Assembly: GCA_041661765.1 (NCBI GenBank)
Contig: JBAZTV010000003.1
Location: forward strand, 79,914 to 143,913
Direction of reading: 5' to 3'
From: Candidatus Shapirobacteria bacterium
GTDB taxonomy: Bacteria; Patescibacteriota; Microgenomatia; UBA12405
Length of the DNA: 64,000 nucleotides
The notes beneath the pieces were generated by a model. That model ran no database searches, had not been told where the DNA came from, and saw only the letters and a list, made by a program, of their open reading frames with translations. This document shows positions 39,376-48,134 of this stretch, piece by piece; the first letter of the stretch is position 1, and each line of letters begins with the position of its first letter. Position numbers and translations under genes: made by a program.

Positions 39376-39611
39376 AAGTTTTCTACTTACTCAACTGGTC
39401 TTTGTAGCTCAAAGAGCTACAATTTCCACATCCCCTTTTTATAGTGTCTCATTTGTCTCATTTAGCTTCAAATCTTTGATAGAATGAGACAGTGAGGAAG
39501 TGGGTGTTATAGGGACAGAAGGGTGCCAGACCTCACTGCTCCGCATATTTACAAAAAAAAAGACAGTCATTCCCAGTTGTTAATCAACTAAAAATAACTG
39601 TCCTAAAAGAA

Positions 39612-40667
39612 CTAAGAGTGTCTCTGGAATCTGTTCCAAAATTCTACATATATTTCCGCAATTTCGGGCAAATCTGGCACATCGGCAAATATTTTTCTCC
39701 CTAAAAATGCATTTGCCATTGATTTGTAAACCATGGAAACCAAATTTATCAGTTCTTGTGGCAGCGGATCAGGTTTCGGACAAAATTGTTGCCAATCTTC
39801 TACCTCAACATTTTTTGCCTTTTCTTTGGCAATTTTTATTTCATCGTACCAGGGCGTCGTCATATAGTATTGCCGAAGTATTTCTTTACTCAACTGAATT
39901 CCTTGATAAGAAAAACGACATTCGTCCGGTGTTCCAAAAACATCAACCACAATAATTTCACCATCCGAATTAAAAGCCAACTCTATTTTTCCATCATCGT
40001 TACTTAAACCCACCTCATTTGTCATCGTCGAAACAACTTTCTCCACCTGCGACAACACTAATATCATTTCATAAATTTCTTCATTTGAAACGCCAATCAT
40101 TCCCCTCACCTGATCAAAAGTCACAAATCGATCTGTTCTTTCAAGTTTAGTCGTTATCTCAAAAAATGGCTTGGGTAAAACTTCTCCAAAAACCGGCATA
40201 TGATCCAATCTCAAATCTTTATAATTCAGCAATCCTTTTTCCAGTCTTAAAAAAACACTTGAACCCTTTGGTAATTTGTTTCTGTAAATAAATTCAAAAG
40301 GTATTAGCAAATTCTTTAAATTATCTACTTTATACTGAGAATAGTCATAAACCCCACTACTAAACTCCGGCTTTTTTACCCTAACCAAATTTACCATCAT
40401 TGTATCCGTTGAATTTTCCAAACTTTCAATAAAAACAGGTGTTCTGTTTTGACTAATTAAACCTTTGTAATGCGATTTAATTCTTGTTGTTTTTTCTAAT
40501 CTTTCAAAAGCACAAGCCGCTATTATTGCTAAAGCAGCACCTTTATTCGGAATTAAATCTGGCATCTCCCCATAATCAAAAACTGAATACCTATCTGAAA
40601 AAATAAACTCCCCAAAAACACACCCATCCTGCCCTAAATGTTCAACCAAATCCTTAACACTACCCAT
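39612..40667 (-). CDS. purC: SAICAR synthetase (long form)
   Basis: MGSVKD, FSDRYSVFD, IPNKGA, TTKLE, DGKIE, GTPDECRF, LSKE motifs. Confidence 0.88.
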   Translation of the reverse strand: MGSVKDLVEHLGQDGCVFGEFIFSDRYSVFDYGEMPDLIPNKGAALAIIAACAFERLEKTTRIKSHYKGLISQNRTPVFIESLENSTDTMMVNLVRVKKPEFSSGVYDYSQYKVDNLKNLLIPFEFIYRNKLPKGSSVFLRLEKGLLNYKDLRLDHMPVFGEVLPKPFFEITTKLERTDRFVTFDQVRGMIGVSNEEIYEMILVLSQVEKVVSTMTNEVGLSNDDGKIELAFNSDGEIIVVDVFGTPDECRFSYQGIQLSKEILRQYYMTTPWYDEIKIAKEKAKNVEVEDWQQFCPKPDPLPQELINLVSMVYKSMANAFLGRKIFADVPDLPEIAEIYVEFWNRFQRHS

Positions 40668-40776
40668 TTACACCAACACTCCCTTCTAATTTTAAATGTC
40701 CTAATCTAATTTTTTGCCTTCAAAAAATCGATCGTTTCCGATTATATCAAAAACCAAAATAGGTTATAATTTCAAC

Positions 40777-41919
40777 ATGGACTACTCTCAACTCTCACTC
40801 GAAAAACACAAACTTAACAAAGGTAAAATTGCCATCACCAGTAAATTTGGCGAAGTCAAAACTAAAGATGATTTAAGTATCGCCTACACTCCCGGAGTCG
40901 CCGCCGTTTCCACCCTTTTGGCCCAACATCCCGAATTAGCCTCCGAATATTCCATCAAATCCAATACCGTCGCCGTTGTTTCCGATGGTTCAGCCGTATT
41001 AGGTTTGGGTAATATTGGTCCTTTTGGCGCTCTACCAGTTATGGAAGGCAAGGCTTTGCTTTTCAAAGAATTTGCCAATGTTGATGCTTTTCCCATTGTT
41101 TTAGAAACTCAAGACCCCGATGAAATTATTAATATCGTTAAAAATATTGCCCCCGGTTTTGGTGGAATTAATTTAGAAGATTTTGCCGCCCCTAAATGTT
41201 TTTACATTGAAAATAAATTAAAAGAAATTTTAGATATTCCCGTCATGCACGATGATCAACATGGTACCGCCATCGTCGTTTTAGCCGCCTTAATTAACGC
41301 TCTAAAACTAACTAACCAAACCACAAAAGATACTAAAATCGTCATTTGTGGCGCTGGTGCTGCCGGCACTGCCATTGCCAAATTATTAAGTCTTTATGGT
41401 TTTAAAGATTTAATTATTGTCGATTCTAAGGGTATAATTAGTCAAGATCGTCTCGATTTAAATGATGCTAAAAAAGAATTTTTAACTTTTACTAATCCTC
41501 AAAATTTAAATGGTAATTTAAGTCAAGCCATGATCGGCAGACATGTTTTTATCGGCGTTAGTGGACCAAATATCGTCACCAGAGACATGGTCAAAACCAT
41601 GGGCGAAAAACCAATTATCTTTACCATGGCCAATCCAATTCCAGAAATTGATCCCATTATCGCCAAAGATTCCGGCGCTTTTATTATCGGCACCGGCCGC
41701 AGTGATTTCCCTAATCAAATTAACAATGTTTTGGCTTTCCCTGGGGTTTTTAGAGGCGCTTTGGATAATAAAGTTAGCAAAATAACTAATCAAATGAAAT
41801 TAGCTGCCTCTCAAGCCTTAGCCGATTATGTTAAAGATTCTGAATTATCTGTCGATTTTATTTTACCCAGCCCTCTCGATAAAGGTGTCGTCAACATTAT
41901 TGCCTCAGCCATTAAATAA
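40777..41919 (+). CDS. NAD(P)-dependent malic enzyme
   Basis: AYTPGVA, PVMEGKA, INLED, HDDQHGTA, GRSDFPNQINN. Confidence 0.93.
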   Translation: MDYSQLSLEKHKLNKGKIAITSKFGEVKTKDDLSIAYTPGVAAVSTLLAQHPELASEYSIKSNTVAVVSDGSAVLGLGNIGPFGALPVMEGKALLFKEFANVDAFPIVLETQDPDEIINIVKNIAPGFGGINLEDFAAPKCFYIENKLKEILDIPVMHDDQHGTAIVVLAALINALKLTNQTTKDTKIVICGAGAAGTAIAKLLSLYGFKDLIIVDSKGIISQDRLDLNDAKKEFLTFTNPQNLNGNLSQAMIGRHVFIGVSGPNIVTRDMVKTMGEKPIIFTMANPIPEIDPIIAKDSGAFIIGTGRSDFPNQINNVLAFPGVFRGALDNKVSKITNQMKLAASQALADYVKDSELSVDFILPSPLDKGVVNIIASAIK

Positions 41920-42429
41920 CGGTTTTCGTATTTCTTTAATAAATTTCCACTCTTGATTTGAAAATCTCAATCCTAAAATATTAGCTAATTCTTTGTATCT
42001 TTGAATCGCCATTTCTGATTGTAAATCTTCCATTCCTTTAATTTCTCCAAATGACGGCATTGAAATTCTTTCAAACTCCGCTTCTGGGTGGTTTATTATT
42101 TTTTTAATTTGATCACCAAAAAAATCAACAAAGAAAAAACCAGTTGAAATTCGATATCCAGGTTTACCCTTTGATCCTTGTAATTGAACTATATTTAATT
42201 CTTCTGTTTCTGTCTTTAAACTCAACGCGACCCCTTCTCTTTCTTTATACCTCAAAATTAAACTTGAGTCTCCATCAGTAATTGTTTTCAAATCCTTTCT
42301 TTCATCACCACACAAAAAAACCAAATCGATTCTATTTTTATCTAATGTTAAAATTTTATTAGATCGCAAAAATTTTCCATAATAATCAGGCGACAAATTT
42401 ATATTTACAATTTCTTTTATTGATTCCAT
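41905..42429 (-). CDS. hypothetical protein
   Basis: 174-aa ORF. Confidence 0.6.
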   Translation of the reverse strand: MESIKEIVNINLSPDYYGKFLRSNKILTLDKNRIDLVFLCGDERKDLKTITDGDSSLILRYKEREGVALSLKTETEELNIVQLQGSKGKPGYRISTGFFFVDFFGDQIKKIINHPEAEFERISMPSFGEIKGMEDLQSEMAIQRYKELANILGLRFSNQEWKFIKEIRKPLFNG

Positions 42430-42533
42430 GAAAAATCATTTTTTAATCAAGTAATTTTACCATAAAGTAATATTTTTAATCTGCCCCTTTAGTTTCATGT
42501 GTTAAAATATTATCCTTAAACAGTCAACTCTCT

Positions 42534-43148
42534 ATGAAAAATATCCTAAAAAATCTCCTCCCCAATATTAAAAAATGGTATTTTGTCCTTCCCGACAAAA
42601 AAAGACATTTCGAATTGATTACTGCTGTCCTTTCTATTCCTATGATATTGACTGTTATTATCGTCAATCTGAACACTATTAATAAAAATAAACAAACAGC
42701 GATTGAAGCGAATTCTACTACTCCTATTCAAGTTATCATCGATAATCCCGCTACCAACTCCAGTAACACTAATCCACCAAAAACCACATTAAAAACTACT
42801 TCTACACCCACTACCACTCCTACCAAAGTTGAATGTAAAAAAGATATTGGCGAAATTGAAATTTTGTCACCTCAAGAAGGTGAAATTATTAATTCCGACA
42901 ATGTTTGTATCAATATTTCCACTGATAGTAATTATTGTCCTGTCACCTGGTCCTACAAATTGGATAACAGTAATTGGTCTGATTACAATAATAACGATAT
43001 TTGTCTTTATAACTTAACTACCGGCAAAAAGGAACTTCAAATTAAAGTCAAAAGCACTGTGGTTGATAAAATCATTACTCTTGAGAGAAACTTCACATAT
43101 CAAAATTCCACCACACCAACACCAACAGTCACTCCCATCAATAATTAA
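42534..43148 (+). CDS. membrane-anchored protein with Thr/Pro linker and Ig-like domain
   Basis: TM, TPTTTPT linker, ILSPQEG..YKLDN..LTTGKKELQIKV beta-sandwich pattern. Confidence 0.65.
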   Translation: MKNILKNLLPNIKKWYFVLPDKKRHFELITAVLSIPMILTVIIVNLNTINKNKQTAIEANSTTPIQVIIDNPATNSSNTNPPKTTLKTTSTPTTTPTKVECKKDIGEIEILSPQEGEIINSDNVCINISTDSNYCPVTWSYKLDNSNWSDYNNNDICLYNLTTGKKELQIKVKSTVVDKIITLERNFTYQNSTTPTPTVTPINN

Positions 43149-43167
43149 TAAATTTTGATAAACTTGA

Positions 43168-43530
43168 TTGGTGTCTAAAATCCGACGAAAAGTCTTAATT
43201 ATTCTTATTATTCTCTTAATAATTTTACCTGTCTCTATTTTTTGTTTTATTGTTTTTCAAAAAAATAAAACAAACCAAATTAATGCTGACTTTACCGCTA
43301 CTATAATTACACCCCCACCAATAACCGAAATAACCTGGCAAGAAGCCGTCAATCTAATCCAAAACTGCCAAATTCAATCTGTCTTTCAAAAACAAAATTT
43401 AGAAATCACTCTAACTGACAAAAATAAACAAGTCTTTAAAACCACCGAACCAAAAAAAGGTGATGTTTTTATTCAAACTAATCATCTTCGTTCTGACTGC
43501 AACGACACAATTCAAACCATCACTGAATAA
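43168..43530 (+). CDS. membrane-anchored hypothetical protein
   Basis: N-terminal TM, PPP linker. Confidence 0.6.
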   Translation: MVSKIRRKVLIILIILLIILPVSIFCFIVFQKNKTNQINADFTATIITPPPITEITWQEAVNLIQNCQIQSVFQKQNLEITLTDKNKQVFKTTEPKKGDVFIQTNHLRSDCNDTIQTITE

Positions 43531-43622
43531 AACATTTCAGTTGTATTTAAGGAAATGGTAAAATAATAACAGGTAATGACGATCACGCTAATTTTAAGTT
43601 ATAAATTAAATAGGAGATCTAA

Positions 43623-43928
43623 ATGAATATTCAGATCAAAGGTGTTAACTTAATTATTTCCCTAAAAATCCGCAAAATGATCAAGGATAAATTTGTCGAC
43701 AAACTTGATAAGCTTCTTCCTCAATTTAATAACGAACTAAAAACAGCCTGCCTTCGTATTGAAAAAGACAAGCGATATAAGGATTTTACTGTTCAATTTG
43801 ATATGACTCTTCCTGGCCAAAAAAATAGTTTTCATGCTGAAACTAAACATCACGAGTTAGAAGCCGCTATAGTCGATTTACGTGAAGCCATCGAGAGACA
43901 AATTAAAAAATATAAACACGCCGATTAA
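43623..43928 (+). CDS. hpf: ribosome hibernation factor HPF/RaiA family
   Basis: MNIQIKG..KLDK..AAIVD..IERQIKKYK; SD AGGAG. Confidence 0.85.
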   Translation: MNIQIKGVNLIISLKIRKMIKDKFVDKLDKLLPQFNNELKTACLRIEKDKRYKDFTVQFDMTLPGQKNSFHAETKHHELEAAIVDLREAIERQIKKYKHAD

Positions 43929-43945
43929 TATGATAAACTACACCC

Positions 43946-44131
43946 ATGTCTGCAACAAAATCTAAAAAAACACCACGAATTTTGATCGCCCTCGTCTGTT
44001 CAGTTTGTGGCGCTCAAAATTATTTAACTGAAAAAAATAAAACCAACACTCCTGATAAATTAAAATTTACCAAATATTGTCGTTGGTGTCGAAAGAAAAC
44101 TGAACATAAAGAGTCAGCAAAATTAAAATAA
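43946..44131 (+). CDS. rpmG: 50S ribosomal protein L33
   Basis: LVCSVC..NYLTEKNK..KYCRWCRKKTEHKE. Confidence 0.95.
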   Translation: MSATKSKKTPRILIALVCSVCGAQNYLTEKNKTNTPDKLKFTKYCRWCRKKTEHKESAKLK

Positions 44132-44144
44132 AATATGAATTTAT

Positions 44145-44176
44145 AAAAGGGCGGACACACATGTCCGCCCTTTTTT
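44145..44176 (+). terminator. intrinsic terminator (REP-like hairpin)
   Basis: AAAAGGGCGGACA-CACA-TGTCCGCCCTTTTTT. Confidence 0.75.
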
Positions 44177-44241
44177 GTAAATGAACCATTGAATACGTCA
44201 TCTATTTCCCAACTTTAAAATTTATAATATAATTAATACAT

Positions 44242-44397
44242 ATGAGTAAATCATCAAACAAACCAATGACCGACAATCGATCTACTATTATCAAAGGTTT
44301 CGTTAAACCAGAAGTACCAAATTTCCCTGGCAATAAATCCACTTCCGGCTTTAAACCTGGATCTAGATTTCAAACCATCAATCGTGGACGTCGCTAA
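44242..44397 (+). CDS. 51-aa basic, probably disordered microprotein
   Basis: MSKSSNKPMTDNRSTIIKGFVKPEVPNFPGNKSTSGFKPGSRFQTINRGRR*; TATAAT shortly upstream. Confidence 0.5.
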   Translation: MSKSSNKPMTDNRSTIIKGFVKPEVPNFPGNKSTSGFKPGSRFQTINRGRR

Positions 44398-44732
44398 TCT
44401 CCTATTTTTTCTTTAATCAATTTGTCAATCCAATACATTTTTTGGACTCCATTTTCTAGTTTAAAATAATGAAAAATATACGGTACCAACAACACTAATA
44501 ATAAAAAATCGACCAAAAATAAAAACAAAAATTGATAAATCAAACTAAACATCATCGATATCATAAATAAAATTGCCACCGTCAACGTCACCAATAAATG
44601 AATCAATCTTTCATGTTGTATAAATCTAATCATTTCCCGATGATTTTTAATCACCACTTTCCAATTTTGATTTTTATTATCTTTTATTTTTTTATCAATT
44701 TCCTTTAAATATTGGTTTAAAAAATCAGTCAT
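44394..44732 (-). CDS. two-TM membrane protein
   Basis: QHERLIHLLVT..YIFHYFKLENGVQ. Confidence 0.7.
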   Translation of the reverse strand: MTDFLNQYLKEIDKKIKDNKNQNWKVVIKNHREMIRFIQHERLIHLLVTLTVAILFMISMMFSLIYQFLFLFLVDFLLLVLLVPYIFHYFKLENGVQKMYWIDKLIKEKIGD

Positions 44733-44734
44733 AT

Positions 44735-45403
44735 TTAAAGTTTACACTCTTTCACTTTTTTCGCCACCGTTTCCCAACTATCACACGGAATCACATTAAT
44801 ATCTTTTCTTTCTGCCTCCGTATGATCATACAAATAAATCACTCCCTTATATTTCTTGCTAAAAAATTTTGTCAAATCAGGATTATCATCAACTATCCCC
44901 ACCACTTGAGGATATAAATATTCTAAAACTTTAGCTTTCCATTTATTACCCATCTTTCGGTTAATATTTCTAGGCTTAGCGATAATTGTAGCCTTTGGAA
45001 AATTATGTTTTTTTAACCAAAAATTTGTTCCACTGATAATATCTACTGGTCTAACTGTAATATATGCCACAATTGGAACTAGTTTGTTTATTTCTTGAAT
45101 CAGTTTATTTGAATTTTTAATCAATGGTAATTCTTTTTGAATCTCGTTTGAATGAACAATTTCATTAATAATTATGTTTACTTCATCACTCTGCCAATAA
45201 GGAATTTTATCTGTGTGTCGATATTTTTTACAGATCTCCTCAACACTCAAGTTTTCTGGATTTCCAAACTTTTCTATTAATTTTTCCACCATAAAACCAA
45301 TCGTAAAAGACAAAGTTTCATCTATGTCCAACGCCAAACCTGTAACCCCTGCCAATTTCAATCTTCTTTTTAAGGCAACTATTTCCTTATTTTTAATCCT
45401 CAT
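44735..45403 (-). CDS. HAD-family protein (5'(3')-deoxyribonucleotidase-like)
   Basis: LDIDETL, YITVR, VDDNP motifs; coupled to dcd. Confidence 0.7.
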   Translation of the reverse strand: MRIKNKEIVALKRRLKLAGVTGLALDIDETLSFTIGFMVEKLIEKFGNPENLSVEEICKKYRHTDKIPYWQSDEVNIIINEIVHSNEIQKELPLIKNSNKLIQEINKLVPIVAYITVRPVDIISGTNFWLKKHNFPKATIIAKPRNINRKMGNKWKAKVLEYLYPQVVGIVDDNPDLTKFFSKKYKGVIYLYDHTEAERKDINVIPCDSWETVAKKVKECKL

Positions 45404-45972
45404 TTTTTATTCAAAAAATTTTTCCACATCTGCGAAGCTTTAGGTTTTATATCTCCCAAATATTTACTATTTTTAGTTTTTTCTCCATAAGGTTTTTCAC
45501 AATCACTACTCAACTTCTCAAATGCCATTTGGGCAATCGGCATCTTATAATACAACAAAATTGGCATCGTCGCTGTATTGTGTAATTCCAATGTCATTTT
45601 TAAATTGTTCCCTGGATCTAAAAAACCAGCAGTTATATGTATCAATAATCCCATTCTCCCAACCGAACTCTTTCCCTCTAACCTCCCCACCATTCCATTA
45701 GACACCCCTGTTTTTTCATAAATCATTCCCAGCGCAAAACCTCCCGGATGTAATACAAATGGAACTTCTTCATCAATCTCAACTTCTTTCATTATATGAT
45801 CCATTGGTTTTTTAGGATCAATCACAAAATTCTTAGTCGTATCAAAAACTAAAAAATGTTTATCTAAGTGCAAATCCACTGAAGCTGGTTGTAAACTGTT
45901 TTTTTTAAAAGGAAATATGGAAATATCACCAGTTTTAAGACATTTTTTTATATCTCTGTCTGAAAGAATCAT
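45400..45972 (-). CDS. dcd: dCTP deaminase
   Basis: MILSDRDI, QPASVDL, EGKSSVGR, AGFLDPG, TLEL. Confidence 0.95.
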   Translation of the reverse strand: MILSDRDIKKCLKTGDISIFPFKKNSLQPASVDLHLDKHFLVFDTTKNFVIDPKKPMDHIMKEVEIDEEVPFVLHPGGFALGMIYEKTGVSNGMVGRLEGKSSVGRMGLLIHITAGFLDPGNNLKMTLELHNTATMPILLYYKMPIAQMAFEKLSSDCEKPYGEKTKNSKYLGDIKPKASQMWKNFLNKK

Positions 45973-46030
45973 ATAGATTACTATATCATCTTTTATTTTT
46001 AATTTGTACCCCTTTCAACATTCTTCTTTT

Positions 46031-46603
46031 TTATTTAATTCGATTATAAATTTCCTCAATTTGTTGATTTAAAAAATTAATATCTCCATTATTCACAATT
46101 GTAAAATCAGCCATAGCAATCGGCCCACCTTTATTTAAATTTTCTAATTCAGAATAATCTCTTGATTTAGCCTCTTCTTTAGTAAAAGACCGATGTCTCA
46201 AATCTATATCATCTATACCTGATACTCTTATTGAAATTCTTTCATATCTCAATTCTGGTGGCGCCCAAACTGCAATTAAAACCATAGCTCCACTAAAATG
46301 TTCTTTTAAAACCTTATACTCCTCCCAACTATACAAACCATCAGCAATTACATTTCCATTTTTAATTAATTTATCAAATTTAGATAAATTTAAAGTCGCA
46401 TAAGCCGCCATTCCATGCCTAACCCTGAATTCCTCTCTTATTAGCTTCTCATTGGCTTCATTTGGTTCTAACCCTCTTTTTTTAACTTCATCTAAAGTTA
46501 TTTGTCCAAATCTTACAAATTGAAATTCATTTTTTACAAAAAAATCAGAAACAACACTTTTTCCTGCACCACACATTCCTGATATACAGACAATTTTATT
46601 CAT
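46031..46603 (-). CDS. P-loop kinase (dephospho-CoA/nucleoside monophosphate kinase-like)
   Basis: GMCGAGKS, DGLYSWEE, IAMADFTIVN. Confidence 0.75.
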   Translation of the reverse strand: MNKIVCISGMCGAGKSVVSDFFVKNEFQFVRFGQITLDEVKKRGLEPNEANEKLIREEFRVRHGMAAYATLNLSKFDKLIKNGNVIADGLYSWEEYKVLKEHFSGAMVLIAVWAPPELRYERISIRVSGIDDIDLRHRSFTKEEAKSRDYSELENLNKGGPIAMADFTIVNNGDINFLNQQIEEIYNRIK

Positions 46604-47339
46604 TTTCACCACCCTTTTTCCATTTAACACTTTTTAAAATCTGCCCATACAAATCATCTTCTATCGTTATTGCCAATTCTTTTAATTCTTCAACGCTCGG
46701 ATTCTTATTTTTAAAATTAACAAAAGGAGTCTCTTCAATAATTGCAATTGGTGTTTGTTCATTGCCCTCTCCCATCACTAAAACAGCCGCCGCCGCCAGG
46801 GCATCAGCCACATTTACTTTCTCAACCTCAAACTTTTTTCCAAAAATATCCTTACTCCCGATGTAATTATTCAACGCATTAAATCCGGAATAAGACACCG
46901 ACACTCCAGTTACACCCCATCTCAACGGAGTAGTTTTACTATCCACAATAATTACCCCTAAATTTTTTATCTTGAACTTTTTTGTCAAATAACTTCTTAT
47001 TTTGTTTGCCGAATCTTGAGGATTTTTTGGCCACAAAATATAATATCCATTTCCATTTGATTCATCTATACCAGCCGAAGGAATCAAAATATTATTTTTA
47101 ATCGACAAATAAAAATTATATTTATTTTTTTTAGGTAAATAATAATCTGCTTGGTTTTTAATCAACAAATCTTTATCACTTTTCCCAATTTCAACCACGC
47201 TTCCTTCACAAATCGACACAATTTTTGATGTAATTGCCACCACAGAATTATCCTTAAGATTGGCAATACTTTTATCTAATATTTCTAATAAATTACCACC
47301 TACTACAATAGCCTTAGTTTTTATTGGTTCAACTTTCAT
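46596..47339 (-). CDS. CofE-family gamma-glutamyl ligase (putative folate glutamylation)
   Basis: TSKIVSICEG, SAGIDESN, DSKTTPLRWG, MGEGNEQTP. Confidence 0.85.
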   Translation of the reverse strand: MKVEPIKTKAIVVGGNLLEILDKSIANLKDNSVVAITSKIVSICEGSVVEIGKSDKDLLIKNQADYYLPKKNKYNFYLSIKNNILIPSAGIDESNGNGYYILWPKNPQDSANKIRSYLTKKFKIKNLGVIIVDSKTTPLRWGVTGVSVSYSGFNALNNYIGSKDIFGKKFEVEKVNVADALAAAAVLVMGEGNEQTPIAIIEETPFVNFKNKNPSVEELKELAITIEDDLYGQILKSVKWKKGGENE

Positions 47340-47829
47340 TTTGGTTTATTATTCTTCTAGCAATAAAAGGTTTGTAATAATAACAAAATTCATCTATTGA
47401 CCACAAAACTGTACCTTTGGAAATAAAGGAACTATGCCAAATAGTCGGTTGATTCAACCTATCTAAATACACTCCTAAATGTAAATTTAATAATCTTTCC
47501 TCTTCATTTGGAAATTTTTCACTTCTTGGTTTCAACTCATTCCCAAAACTATTTCGTAAATTATCAGCATAAACAATATCCCCTTCTTTAAGCCTAGAAA
47601 AAAAATCCCCTATATTATCTTGATTTTTTATTACATCAAATCCATTGACCATTTCTTTAGAAAGGATTAAATCTTTCCTGCCAAGATATAAATCATGATT
47701 TATATAAAAATAGTCCTGAACTGCTAAACGACAATTTCCTTCAACTATTTCTGTTTGTAAATCTTCATAAGAAACTGGACCTCTAAGATAATTATATTTA
47801 AAATTATGTAATCTTTCTAAATCACTCAT
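47329..47829 (-). CDS. hypothetical protein (possible NlpC/P60-like fold)
   Basis: GNC, EGDIVY, HLGVY, IWHS resemble a papain-like Cys-His arrangement. Confidence 0.55.
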   Translation of the reverse strand: MSDLERLHNFKYNYLRGPVSYEDLQTEIVEGNCRLAVQDYFYINHDLYLGRKDLILSKEMVNGFDVIKNQDNIGDFFSRLKEGDIVYADNLRNSFGNELKPRSEKFPNEEERLLNLHLGVYLDRLNQPTIWHSSFISKGTVLWSIDEFCYYYKPFIARRIINQNES

Positions 47830-47896
47830 GGGGCAATTATATCAAAAGTTTTTATTACCTTCTGTAGATTCACCTTGTTATAGATTTAGTAAAGTG

Positions 47897-47968
47897 CAGG
47901 CCCATGAGGATTCGAACCTCAAATAAAGGTTTTGGAGACCTTGGTGATAACCATTTCACTATGGGCCT
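47897..47968 (-). tRNA. tRNA-Trp(CCA)
   Basis: Reverse complement AGGCCCA..AAGGT-CTCCAAA-ACCTT..GGTTCGAATCC..TGGGCCTG. Confidence 0.95.
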
Positions 47969-48009
47969 AAATTTTAAAGTGGATCTATCCACAAAATTTC
48001 TAACAAGGG

Positions 48010-48082
48010 TGGACCCAAGGGGACTCGAACCCCTGACCTTCCCCATGCCATGGGGACGCGCTACCAACTACGCTATGGGCCC
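48010..48082 (-). tRNA. tRNA-Ala(GGC)
   Basis: Reverse complement GGGCCCA..TCCCC-ATGGCAT-GGGGA..TGGGTCCA; G3-U70 pair. Confidence 0.95.
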
Positions 48083-48134
48083 TAAAAGGTTCTCTATTTT
48101 ATCAAAATTTCTTTTGTGTTACCATAAATCTAAT

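Larger units (their letters stand above)
10331..39546. mobile_element. genomic island (defence, terminase and recombinase cargo) downstream of tRNA-Ser
   Basis: Starts at tRNA 3' end; large serine recombinase, terminase, RM, TIR-caspase, lexA; housekeeping resumes at purC; CTCCGCAT at 10326-10333 and 39539-39546 may be the att core. Confidence 0.7.

Noticed and set aside
10331-39546. Intact prophage
   Set aside because: No portal, capsid, tail, lysis or replication genes recognised
47870-48134. ORF 47870-48067 and 77-aa extension of galU copy 1
   Set aside because: Overlap tRNA-Trp and tRNA-Ala
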